Source of the DNA: an uncultured Pelagibacteraceae bacterium
Lineage (GTDB): Bacteria; Pseudomonadota; Alphaproteobacteria; Pelagibacterales; Pelagibacteraceae
NCBI GenBank assembly: GCA_902521355.1
Contig: CABYRT010000001.1
Span: 57,800-121,799 of the forward strand
Length of the DNA stretch: 64,000 nt
Direction: 5' to 3'
Shown: piece after piece, positions 52,363 to 61,669 of the stretch
How positions within the stretch are numbered: position 1 is the first letter of the stretch
How the letters are laid out: every line of letters starts with the position of its first letter
The notes under the pieces: generated by a model
What the model saw: only the letters and a program-made list of their open reading frames with translations
Databases searched by the model: none
What the model was told of the DNA's origin: nothing
Program-made: the position numbers and the translations under genes

Positions 52363-53425
52363 TTTTTTTTAAATTTAAAATTTTAACTTTGAAAAAAAGC
52401 AAATAATCAGATGCGAGTAAAAAAAATAAGATCATACCCTGAAAGACTTGGCCGGTATATTTTGGTATTTGTAAAAAAATTTGAGCCGTTTCAGCACCTA
52501 GGTATGTCAATGCAACAACCAAAGATGCAAAAATTATGCCGAAAGGATTAAGACGACCTAAAAAGGCGACAATAATTGCTGTAAAACCGTAATCGGGGGA
52601 TATCATTCTATGCAGCTGTCCAATAGGTCCAGTAATTTCACCAACTCCAGCTAATCCCGCACAAGCACCACTAATCATAAAAACAACCAAAATCATAGTT
52701 TTTCCTTTAAACCCAGCATACTTAGCAGTTTTTAAACTTAGACCAGATACTTTAATCTGAAAGCCTAAATAGGTTTTATAAAGAATAAACCAACTCAGCA
52801 TAACTGCTGCGAGAGCTAAAAAAATACCAGCATGAATTCTCAAACCCTCAAATAATAATGGCATTCTAGATGAGTCACTAAATTGTCTTGTTTCAGGAAA
52901 GTTAAAACCTTCAGGATTACTCCATGGCCCAACTACCAAGTAATCTAGGAGTAGCTTTGAAACGTAAACCAACATAAGACTAACTAAAATCTCGTTTGTA
53001 TTAAAATATGTTTTAAGGATTGCTGGGATAAGTGCAAAGATCATCCCTCCGATTGCTCCAGCAAGTATAACTAAAGGCAGTATATAAAAACCTTCTTGAT
53101 TATAAAATAAAAGAGCAACTCCTCCTCCTACAATCGCACCAAACGTTAATTGTCCTTCTGCGCCAATATTCCAATTATTACTTTTAAAACAAAATGATAA
53201 ACCAATAGCAATTAAGCATAGGGGGGTTGCTTTGAGTAGCAATTCACTGAATCCATATAAATTTGAAATTGGAGTTATAAAGTAAAACTTAAGTGCTTCT
53301 ATTGGATTAAAACCTAAAATATAAAAAATTATACCACCACCTAAAATTGTAAGTATGATTGCAATAAAAGGAGTAAAAAAATATAATGCCATTGGCACAT
53401 CATTTCTTTTTTCAATTTTAATCAA
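52346..53425 (-). CDS. Nucleoside ABC transporter permease
   Basis: WNIGAEGQ, NEILVSLM, YGFTAIIVAFLG. Confidence 0.92.
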   Translation of the reverse strand: MIKIEKRNDVPMALYFFTPFIAIILTILGGGIIFYILGFNPIEALKFYFITPISNLYGFSELLLKATPLCLIAIGLSFCFKSNNWNIGAEGQLTFGAIVGGGVALLFYNQEGFYILPLVILAGAIGGMIFALIPAILKTYFNTNEILVSLMLVYVSKLLLDYLVVGPWSNPEGFNFPETRQFSDSSRMPLLFEGLRIHAGIFLALAAVMLSWFILYKTYLGFQIKVSGLSLKTAKYAGFKGKTMILVVFMISGACAGLAGVGEITGPIGQLHRMISPDYGFTAIIVAFLGRLNPFGIIFASLVVALTYLGAETAQIFLQIPKYTGQVFQGMILFFLLASDYLLFFKVKILNLKKNELRH

Positions 53426-54917
53426 TGGAACCTCCTCCCATTAGAACCCCTAATTTTTCTGGAGTGACTTCCTCTGAAGGCATTATTTTTGAAAGCTTGC
53501 CTTTGTAAATAACTGCAATTCTATCACTGAGTTTTAATAACTCCTCCGTATCTGTAGAAATTAAAATCGTTGATTTTTCTTGATCATTAATTTTTATAAG
53601 TGTTTCATGAATATAATTGATTGCACCTACATCGAGCCCCCATGTTGGATTGTAACAAATTAATAATTCTGGAGCTGTAATTAACTCTCTCCCTAAAATA
53701 AGTTTTTGTAAATTTCCACCCGATAGAAATTGACTTTTTAATTCAACATTGTCTGTATTTACCGAGAAGTCTGATAATATTTTCTTTGAATGATCCTTAA
53801 TTTTTCTTTCATTTACCAAACCTTTTTCAAAAAAATTTGATGACTTGAAATTATTTAAAGCTACATTTTCATATATTTTTAATTCAGGTACAGCTGCTTG
53901 AGATATTCTATCTTCAGGAGAAAAAGCCATTAAATACTCTCGTCGTTGCTTTGGATTTAGTTTAGCAATTTCCTTATTTCGAAAAATGATTGATGTATTA
54001 GGTGTAATTATTTCTCCACTCAAAATTTGAAAGAGTTCGTTTTGACCATTGCCAGAAATACCTGCTATACCCAAACATTCTCCTTTCTTTACAGAAAAAT
54101 TAAGATTAACTAAATTTGTTTCAAAAGGATCATCGCTATAAAAATTTAAATGTTTTACTTTAAATATCTCGTCTTTATTTTTAGAAATATTAATTTTTTT
54201 CTTAATTTTCGCTAGTTTTTGACCAACCATCTTATTTGCGAGAGTTTCAACTCTTTCATTTTGTGTTTGGCTAACAGATACGACCTTACCTTTTCGCATT
54301 ACTGCAACTTCATCGCATAAAGACAAAACTTCTTTTAGTTTGTGAGTAATGTAAATAATTAATATTCCTTCATCACAGAATTTTTTTAAGGATATAAATA
54401 ATTCCTCTGTTTCTTGCTCAGTCAAAACAGATGTAGGCTCGTCCATGATTAGAACTTTAGGGCTTCTTAAAAGACATCTTATAATCTCAACTTTTTGCTT
54501 TTGTCCTGCTGATAAATTTAATACAGGAACATCAAGGTCAATACTAAAGTTATATTTTTTAAATATTTCGTTTATTCTTACCCTTAAACTTTTGTTATCT
54601 TCATTTGCATCTATACTTAAGTTTTCAAATACTGATAAAGTTTCAAATAAATTGAAATGCTGAAAAACCATTCCAATTTTATTTTTTTTGGCATCGAGTG
54701 GAGAGCTTAATTTTAAATTTTTTTCATTTAAAAAAACCTCACCATTATCTGGGCTTATTACACCAGACAAAATTTTTACTAATGTAGATTTTCCAGCTCC
54801 GTTCTCTCCTAATAGCGCGTATATTTTTCCACTTTTAAATTGAAGAGATACATTATCATTAGCTATACACCCTGGATATATTTTTGATATATTTGATATT
54901 CTTAAGTCTGTTGCCAT
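53418..54917 (-). CDS. ABC ATP-binding protein, tandem-domain CUT2 type
   Basis: GENGAGKST, DEPT, LSGGNLQK. Confidence 0.95.
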   Translation of the reverse strand: MATDLRISNISKIYPGCIANDNVSLQFKSGKIYALLGENGAGKSTLVKILSGVISPDNGEVFLNEKNLKLSSPLDAKKNKIGMVFQHFNLFETLSVFENLSIDANEDNKSLRVRINEIFKKYNFSIDLDVPVLNLSAGQKQKVEIIRCLLRSPKVLIMDEPTSVLTEQETEELFISLKKFCDEGILIIYITHKLKEVLSLCDEVAVMRKGKVVSVSQTQNERVETLANKMVGQKLAKIKKKINISKNKDEIFKVKHLNFYSDDPFETNLVNLNFSVKKGECLGIAGISGNGQNELFQILSGEIITPNTSIIFRNKEIAKLNPKQRREYLMAFSPEDRISQAAVPELKIYENVALNNFKSSNFFEKGLVNERKIKDHSKKILSDFSVNTDNVELKSQFLSGGNLQKLILGRELITAPELLICYNPTWGLDVGAINYIHETLIKINDQEKSTILISTDTEELLKLSDRIAVIYKGKLSKIMPSEEVTPEKLGVLMGGGSID

Positions 54918-55055
54918 AACATTTCTTTAATATAATAAATCAATAACTTAATAATCTTTAAAATTTCCTATCTTTTCAAATTTGTATTAAATTCAAACAA
55001 TTTAATGAAAGTTTTGAACAAATTGTTAACATAATTCAACTTTAGGTATGTATTA

Positions 55056-55388
55056 ATGATTATTGCTTTTAAAAATAATACTTTATCAAAAAAATTTATT
55101 GCTCTGTTTATCACTTTAACAATAATTTTTTTAACTGGATGCCAGACAATTAAAAAGAAATCTGATGAAGTGGCTGAAAAAGAGAATGAAAAATTTGGTC
55201 AATTTGTTGGAAAAGAAGTTAATGAGATGAGATTAGAATTAGGCTCACCTTCAGAAGATTTTGTCAATGAACTCGGAAATGAAATGCTTATCTACAAAAC
55301 AAAAAAATATGGAATTCCTTGTGAAAGAAAATTTGAGGTGAATGCATCAGGGGTTATTATCGGATTTAGCTCTAGCGGATGCATTTAG
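55056..55388 (+). CDS. Small lipoprotein, possibly SmpA/OmlA-like fold
   Basis: Lipobox LTGC; LGSP...LIY...C..F pattern. Confidence 0.65.
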   Translation: MIIAFKNNTLSKKFIALFITLTIIFLTGCQTIKKKSDEVAEKENEKFGQFVGKEVNEMRLELGSPSEDFVNELGNEMLIYKTKKYGIPCERKFEVNASGVIIGFSSSGCI

Positions 55389-55389
55389 T

Positions 55390-55412
55390 CTTGTGGGGAC
55401 TAGCCCCACAAG
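55390..55412. terminator. GC-rich hairpin between convergent genes (terminator or 3' stabiliser)
   Basis: CTTGTGGGG-actag-CCCCACAAG, perfect 9-bp stem, no clear U tract. Confidence 0.65.
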
Positions 55413-55420
55413 CAAGGTAC

Positions 55421-55867
55421 TTATTTAATTTCAATAAGTTTCTTTTTTTTATGGTCTGGAATAATCCTTTCACATGCAATTGTTAAAAGACCATCTTTTA
55501 ACTCTGCACCATTCACTTTTACATCATCAGCAATTGTAAATGATCTTGCAAATTGTCTTTGCGATATACCTTTGTGGATTATCTCTCCATCTTGGTTTTT
55601 GTTTTCACTTCTATCAACTTGTTTAGTTCTTACAGTTAATAGATTATCTTCAAACTCTACCTCAACATCTTTTTTGCTAAAACCAGCTAAAGCAACTTCA
55701 ATTGAGTAGTTATCTTTGCCAGTTCTTCTTATGTTGTAAGGCGGGTAGTTTGATTGCATACTTAAACCACCATTGCCCAACATGCTTTCGAATTGGTCAA
55801 ACATATCGTCAAAACCAATTGAGAAAGGCCGAAGTGAGTTGAAAATTGATAGATCCTTACTTGTCAT
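55421..55867 (-). CDS. ibpA: Small heat shock protein (Hsp20)
   Basis: IGFD, NYPPYNI, ALAGF, HKGISQRQF, DGLL. Confidence 0.95.
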   Translation of the reverse strand: MTSKDLSIFNSLRPFSIGFDDMFDQFESMLGNGGLSMQSNYPPYNIRRTGKDNYSIEVALAGFSKKDVEVEFEDNLLTVRTKQVDRSENKNQDGEIIHKGISQRQFARSFTIADDVKVNGAELKDGLLTIACERIIPDHKKKKLIEIK

Positions 55868-55927
55868 ATTATCCTCCTTTAATTAAGCAAGTTTATTTAT
55901 TGCTAGCCCCATTAGGCGACTAACAAG
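55868..55927 (-). ncRNA. ROSE-like RNA thermometer in the ibpA leader
   Basis: 5' hairpin UUGUUAGUC...GGCUAGCAA, then CUUGCU-UAAUUAA-AGGAG (U(U/C)GCU motif opposite the SD). Confidence 0.7.
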
Positions 55928-55931
55928 GTTC

Positions 55932-55959
55932 ATATGGTAATTAATTTTGATAATTCAAG
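55932..55959 (-). promoter_or_regulatory. RpoH (sigma32) promoter of ibpA
   Basis: CTTGAA-N16-CCATAT. Confidence 0.7.
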
Positions 55960-55960
55960 A

Positions 55961-58042
55961 TCAAGTGTTTAATTTTCCAGCTATTTTCAAAGCGAATGCG
56001 TAGTCAATTGCAATCTCTTCAATTGCTCCATCTCTTCCAGATTTCCCTCCATGACCTGCATTCATTTCTGTTTTTAATAAAAGTAAATTATTATCAGTTT
56101 TGTAATCCCTTAATTTTGCAGTAAATTTTGCTGGCTCATCAAATAATACCCTGTTATCACTTAGACTTGTTGTTATCAAAATGTTTGGGTAATCCATCTT
56201 TTTAATATTGTTATAAGGTGCATATGAAAATATGTAATCAAAGTGTTCTTTTTTATCTTTGGCATTTCCAAATTCATCAAATTCGCCGACTGTTAATGGC
56301 AACGAATGGTCTAAGTTCGTGGTCAACGAGTCAACGAAAGGAACAGCCATAACAATACCCAAAAATAAATCAGGCGCTTGGTTAACAACGGCTCCCATTA
56401 AAAGACCTCCGGCTGATCCGCCCATTCCAATAATATTACCTTTAGACGTAAACTTTTTTTCAATTAAAAAGTTTGCAGAAGCAATGTAATCTTCAAATGT
56501 ATTTTTCTTGTTTAATAATTTTCCCTCTTTCCACCATTTCATTCCTTTTTCCATACCACCTCTAATATGAGAAGTTACCCATATAATATCTCGCTCAATT
56601 AAACTTATTCTGGTTGAAGAAAAACTTGGTGACATAGAACTACCATAAGATCCATACCCATATAATAATAATTTTGCAGATCCATCTAATTTAGTTTTTT
56701 TATGTCTTGTTATAGTTATAGGAACCATTCTTCCGTCATGAGAGGTACACTCTAATCTTTCAACTATGTAGTCATCAGAATTATGGCCACTAGGAATCTC
56801 TTGTTCTTTAACTAATTTTTTTTCTTTTGTTTTAAGATTGTATAGGTAAGTCCTTCCAGGAGTTTTTGGTGATGAATATGATAAATAAACGGTATCAGTA
56901 TTTCTATCTCTTTGGTTTAACGACACACCAGGAACAATAACTTTTTCATCTGAAAAAAATATTTCTTCTTCTTCATCATTTTTTGGATTTCTTAATATTA
57001 ATTTTGATAATGCATTAGAAGTTTCAGATCTTATAATCCAATCATTTAAAAAAATTAATCCTCCAATTAAAACCTCTTCTCGTGCAGGTATAAATATTTC
57101 CCACTCCTTTTTTTCTAGATCATTTGTCTTTTCGATCTTAAAATCTTCTGCATCTTCATTTGTATGTTTGTAAAAATTACCATTCCATGAATTAACAGAA
57201 TATATTATCCCTCTTTTTCTTTTATCAATTAATTTTGGTTTTGGAATTATTTCATCTGCTTTAAAATAATACTGTTCGGACGTATTATGATCAGATGACG
57301 TAATAAAAAAATACTTTTCGTCAGAACTAAGACCTATTCCTACAGTAAATGCTTCACTTTCTTCTTTAAATATAAGAATATCTTTATTAGTAGGAGTTCC
57401 AATTTCATGCCTGTAAATTTCTCTTGGTCTGTGATTGTCATCAAGCTTAGAGTAAAAAATATATTTGTCATCTAAGCTAAATGTTATTCCACCACTTGTA
57501 TTTTCAATTTTTTCACCAACTTGCTCTCGACTTTTAATATCTCTTATATGTATGGTGTAATATTCAGATCCTTTTAAATCTAATGAATAAGCTAGTAATT
57601 TATCATTATAGCTAACTTCTAAGTCTCCAAGCCCAAAATATTCTGTTTTAAGCTTTGCTTTTTCTAAATCACCATTCCAAATTTCTTCTATTTCATCAGA
57701 ATCAATTTTTTTTCTTAACTTTATAGAATAATTTCCTTTTGTTGTTGTTTTTGTCCAGTAACTATATCTTACATCTTTGAATGGAAGAGACTCATCATCA
57801 AGTTTAATTCTTCCTTTAATCTCATCGAATAAAACTTTTTGAATTTCTTTTGTATCTGACATTTGATGACTAAAATAATCATTTTCATCTTCAAGATATT
57901 TTCTCACCTCTGGCAATAATTTGGAACTATCTTTCAATACTTCAAGTATATTTTCCTGATGTATCCAACTATAATCGTCTTCCCAAGTTACGTTGTGACA
58001 AGATTTTAATTCTGGTTTTTTTTTAAGCTGTGGTATTTTCAT
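55961..58042 (-). CDS. ptrB: Oligopeptidase B (S9A)
   Basis: DDYSW, LYGYGSYG, GGSAGG, DNRV, AGHGG. Confidence 0.95.
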   Translation of the reverse strand: MKIPQLKKKPELKSCHNVTWEDDYSWIHQENILEVLKDSSKLLPEVRKYLEDENDYFSHQMSDTKEIQKVLFDEIKGRIKLDDESLPFKDVRYSYWTKTTTKGNYSIKLRKKIDSDEIEEIWNGDLEKAKLKTEYFGLGDLEVSYNDKLLAYSLDLKGSEYYTIHIRDIKSREQVGEKIENTSGGITFSLDDKYIFYSKLDDNHRPREIYRHEIGTPTNKDILIFKEESEAFTVGIGLSSDEKYFFITSSDHNTSEQYYFKADEIIPKPKLIDKRKRGIIYSVNSWNGNFYKHTNEDAEDFKIEKTNDLEKKEWEIFIPAREEVLIGGLIFLNDWIIRSETSNALSKLILRNPKNDEEEEIFFSDEKVIVPGVSLNQRDRNTDTVYLSYSSPKTPGRTYLYNLKTKEKKLVKEQEIPSGHNSDDYIVERLECTSHDGRMVPITITRHKKTKLDGSAKLLLYGYGSYGSSMSPSFSSTRISLIERDIIWVTSHIRGGMEKGMKWWKEGKLLNKKNTFEDYIASANFLIEKKFTSKGNIIGMGGSAGGLLMGAVVNQAPDLFLGIVMAVPFVDSLTTNLDHSLPLTVGEFDEFGNAKDKKEHFDYIFSYAPYNNIKKMDYPNILITTSLSDNRVLFDEPAKFTAKLRDYKTDNNLLLLKTEMNAGHGGKSGRDGAIEEIAIDYAFALKIAGKLNT

Positions 58043-58059
58043 TTAAATTTAATTAATTT

Positions 58060-58569
58060 ATGAATATTTTTTTTGCAATACTAATAATCTTTATAATTCT
58101 TTATATTTTACTCAATTGGTTTGCCAAAACCTCAACAAAAAAAATATCAAAATTTGTAAGAACATTTATTATAATTTCTTCAATATTGTTAGCGGTAATA
58201 ATGGCATATGCAGGAAGATATATATTTTCCTTACCATTTATGTTGGCTATTTTGCCTTTAATTAAAACGAAAGCAGGTATTTCTTTATTTCAGCTATTTA
58301 GATTATGGGGACTTTTTAGAGTTTTAAAAAATTCTGGCAGATTTAATTTTAATCAATTTAATCAAAATATGTCATCTCAGAATATGAGTTTAGATGAAGC
58401 ATATAGAATTTTAAATTTAGATCCCAAAAAAAAATATACAAAAGATGAAGTGATGAATTCTTATAAAAAAATTATGAAAAAAATTCATCCAGATAGAAGT
58501 CCAGAATTAAATAATATTGCTACTTTAGTGAACCAAGCCAAAGACACAGTCTTAAAATCGGTTGTTTAA
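58060..58569 (+). CDS. Membrane-anchored J-domain protein (TimB/Pam18-like)
   Basis: N-terminal TM segments; MSLDEAYRILNL...HPD...VNQAKD. Confidence 0.82.
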   Translation: MNIFFAILIIFIILYILLNWFAKTSTKKISKFVRTFIIISSILLAVIMAYAGRYIFSLPFMLAILPLIKTKAGISLFQLFRLWGLFRVLKNSGRFNFNQFNQNMSSQNMSLDEAYRILNLDPKKKYTKDEVMNSYKKIMKKIHPDRSPELNNIATLVNQAKDTVLKSVV

Positions 58570-59501
58570 GTATAACTTAGTATTGATTTGTACACTTGTT
58601 CGACCTTAATTAAATTTGGATCAATTTCACTTCCATGTGTAATATTATTAACATTATATCCTTCAGGAATAATTCTAATATGATTAGGAGTATAATCCGT
58701 ATATGCTTTTGGTGAGTCCAATAAAATCACAAGGCTTGGTTTGCCAGATTGTGATGAAATATGTGAACCAAATGAATCATTCCCCACATACATATCTGCA
58801 GAAGCTATAAAAGGTATTACTTCCGAGATATTTTTGTTACTAAGATCTGTAATATTATCTCCTTCAACTTTATCCATTATTTCTTGAGCAATTAATTTTT
58901 CATTAGGACCACACAAAATAAAAAAATTAAATTTATTTAGTTTATTTAACTCATTTATTAGATTTGAGTAATTATCAGTGCCCCATTTTGTTGTTGGACC
59001 TGAAGATCCAGCCCCTATTACAATGTTAAATTTTGATTTATCAAAATAAGTTGAGACACTTTTAAGTTTATTTTCATTTATGTGAATTTTTGTGTATGTT
59101 TGACATTTCTCTATGTTTAATACACTCTCAGTAAACTTTTGTGCTGCGTTGATTAAATGAAGATTTTTCTTTTTAAATAAAGGATAGTGATAAATATCTT
59201 TTATTCCAGCTAACTTACACGCGATGAATATTCTAGGACTTGGATAATAAATAAATATTTTATCAAAATTGAATTTTTTTAATTCCGATGAAAAACTAAA
59301 TATATTTTTAAATTTATTATATTTTTTATCTATTACTATTACTTCTTTAATTTTAGGATCATCCTCCAATGCATCCGACAAATTCTTGCATAACGTAAAA
59401 ACTGTTATAGGTCCAAACTTTTCAGATAACTGATGTAAATAACTTAGATGTAACAAATTTGCTCCAAGACCTATATAGCTAAGATAAACACAAACTTTCA
59501 T
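58566..59501 (-). CDS. Glycosyltransferase family 9 (heptosyltransferase-like)
   Basis: DPKIKEV, KW...Y, GPNE, VGNDS..SH. Confidence 0.8.
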   Translation of the reverse strand: MKVCVYLSYIGLGANLLHLSYLHQLSEKFGPITVFTLCKNLSDALEDDPKIKEVIVIDKKYNKFKNIFSFSSELKKFNFDKIFIYYPSPRIFIACKLAGIKDIYHYPLFKKKNLHLINAAQKFTESVLNIEKCQTYTKIHINENKLKSVSTYFDKSKFNIVIGAGSSGPTTKWGTDNYSNLINELNKLNKFNFFILCGPNEKLIAQEIMDKVEGDNITDLSNKNISEVIPFIASADMYVGNDSFGSHISSQSGKPSLVILLDSPKAYTDYTPNHIRIIPEGYNVNNITHGSEIDPNLIKVEQVYKSILSYT

Positions 59502-59574
59502 AAGTATTTAGAATATATTTTTTTATTATTTTTTTCTTAAATCTATTCTATAATTATAGTCATATAATTAAGTT

Positions 59575-60453
59575 ATGATTAATGGAATATATGCAGCTAC
59601 ATTGTCAGTATTAGATAAAAATCTGGCGTTAAATAGTGAAAAAACGATTAAATATGCAGAAAATCTAATCGACAAAGGTTGCCATGGAGTAGTTTTTTTT
59701 GGAAGTACTGGACAATCACAACTCATATCTCTTTCGGAAAAAATTCAATTAATCAATTTGTTACCAAAAAGTAATTATAAGGATAAATTTATAATTGGAA
59801 CCGGTCTTAATTCGCTAGTTGATAATATTAATTTGATAAAAATAGCCAAATCAAATGGGTTTAATAAATTTTTAATTATGCCCCCTGCCTATTATAAGTA
59901 TAGCGATTACGATGTGATTAATTTTTACTCAAGAATTATAGATGAAATTAATGAATGTAAAATAATTTTATATAATTTCGAAAAACTCTCAGGATATAAA
60001 TTTAGTATTGATTGTGTTGAAGAGCTAGTAAAAAAATTTCCAAGTCAAATAGTTGGAGTAAAAGACAGTTCTTATAATTTGTATGAAAATTTGAAAATAG
60101 ATAATTTTTCAGTAATGCCAGGTTCAGAATCAAAATTATTGAAAGGACTCGAATTAGGTTGCTCTGGAATAATTACAGCAACAACAAATGTTACTTCAAT
60201 TTTGGCAAGAGATGTTTACGATAAATTTCAAAATGGATCAGATCAATCTTCAAATGAAAAGTTGTGTTTAGTAAGAAGCATTTTCGATAAATTTAATTTA
60301 ATCTCTGGATTACATACTTTTATGGCGCAAATTGATCAGGACTACCAGAATTTAATTCCACCATTGAAGTTATTAAATGAAAACGAAAAAAAAATATTTT
60401 TTGATGAACTTCAAAAGCTTGATTTTGACTTTAAGCACTTAAAAGCAGCATAA
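59575..60453 (+). CDS. DapA/NAL-family aldolase or dehydratase (probably not true DapA)
   Basis: GSTGQ, PPAYY, LYNF, GVKDSS (Schiff-base Lys). Confidence 0.8.
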   Translation: MINGIYAATLSVLDKNLALNSEKTIKYAENLIDKGCHGVVFFGSTGQSQLISLSEKIQLINLLPKSNYKDKFIIGTGLNSLVDNINLIKIAKSNGFNKFLIMPPAYYKYSDYDVINFYSRIIDEINECKIILYNFEKLSGYKFSIDCVEELVKKFPSQIVGVKDSSYNLYENLKIDNFSVMPGSESKLLKGLELGCSGIITATTNVTSILARDVYDKFQNGSDQSSNEKLCLVRSIFDKFNLISGLHTFMAQIDQDYQNLIPPLKLLNENEKKIFFDELQKLDFDFKHLKAA

Positions 60454-61640
60454 TGAAACTTATAAATTTTTTAAATGATTTATTCAAAGAAGATGGCTTT
60501 ATCTTAATAGATTATAATTCTAACAGATATGTTATAGGAAAGCCTTTGAAAGAAATTCCTATAGAATTACAATTGTTAGACAAAAGTTTGCATAAAAAAT
60601 TACTTTTCCATCCTGATTTATATTTTGGTGAAGCGTATACCAATGGCTCTTTAAGATTAAAAAATGGAACCTTGACGGAATTTCTTGATATAGCTTTTAA
60701 AAATATTGGAAGAGCAGATATTAATATTTATGGAAAGACATTAAATAAAATAAAGGGAACTTTAAAATATTTAACAAGTTTTAATAAAATTGTTAAATCT
60801 AAAAAAAATGTTGCACACCATTATGATATTTCAGAAAAATTATATGATTTGTTTCTTGATAAAAAAAGACAATATTCATGTGCATACTTCAAAAATGAGA
60901 ATGATACTTTGGAAACTGCCCAAGAAAATAAAATTGATCACATAATAAAAAAACTTCATATACAACCTAACCAAAAAGTTTTAGATATTGGATCTGGTTG
61001 GGGAACACTTGCAATTGACATTGCAAAAAAAACAAAAGCTTCGGTTACTGGAATTACACTTTCGGAAAATCAATTAAAATATAGTCAAGAAAAAGCTAAA
61101 GAATTAAATTTAGATAATCAAGTTGAATTTAAGTTAATAGATTACAGACAATTGAATGAAAAATTTGATAGGATAGTCAGTGTTGGAATGTTTGAACATG
61201 TTGGAAAAAAATTTTATCAAACCTATTTTAATAGAGTGTCTCAAATGTTAAAAAAGGATGGAGTAGCTTTGATACACACAATTGGATCAAATCTACCACC
61301 TAGAGACCCACAGCCTTGGATAACAAAATATATATTTCCTGGTGGATATACCCCTAGTTTAAGCGAAATAGCGAGGCCAATAGAGGATTCTGGACTTATA
61401 GCTACAGATATAGAGATTTTAAGGATGCACTATGCTCACACTTTAAGAAATTGGAAAGAAAGATTTCTATCAAAAAAAGATCAAGTTTTAGAAATGTTTG
61501 ATGAAAAATTTTTAAGGATGTGGGAATTTTATCTTACAAGTTGTGAAATGGCTTTTAAATGGGGAGATCAAGTAGTATTTCAACTTCAGCTAACTAAAGA
61601 TATTAGATCTGTTCCTAATACTAGAGACTATATTTATTAA
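60453..61640 (+). CDS. cfa: Cyclopropane-fatty-acyl-phospholipid synthase family methyltransferase
   Basis: HHYD, YSCAYF, LDIGSGWG, SVGMFEHVG, YIFPGG. Confidence 0.9.
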   Translation: MKLINFLNDLFKEDGFILIDYNSNRYVIGKPLKEIPIELQLLDKSLHKKLLFHPDLYFGEAYTNGSLRLKNGTLTEFLDIAFKNIGRADINIYGKTLNKIKGTLKYLTSFNKIVKSKKNVAHHYDISEKLYDLFLDKKRQYSCAYFKNENDTLETAQENKIDHIIKKLHIQPNQKVLDIGSGWGTLAIDIAKKTKASVTGITLSENQLKYSQEKAKELNLDNQVEFKLIDYRQLNEKFDRIVSVGMFEHVGKKFYQTYFNRVSQMLKKDGVALIHTIGSNLPPRDPQPWITKYIFPGGYTPSLSEIARPIEDSGLIATDIEILRMHYAHTLRNWKERFLSKKDQVLEMFDEKFLRMWEFYLTSCEMAFKWGDQVVFQLQLTKDIRSVPNTRDYIY

Positions 61641-61669
61641 AAATTAGCTGATAAAGCTGTATTTCTTAA

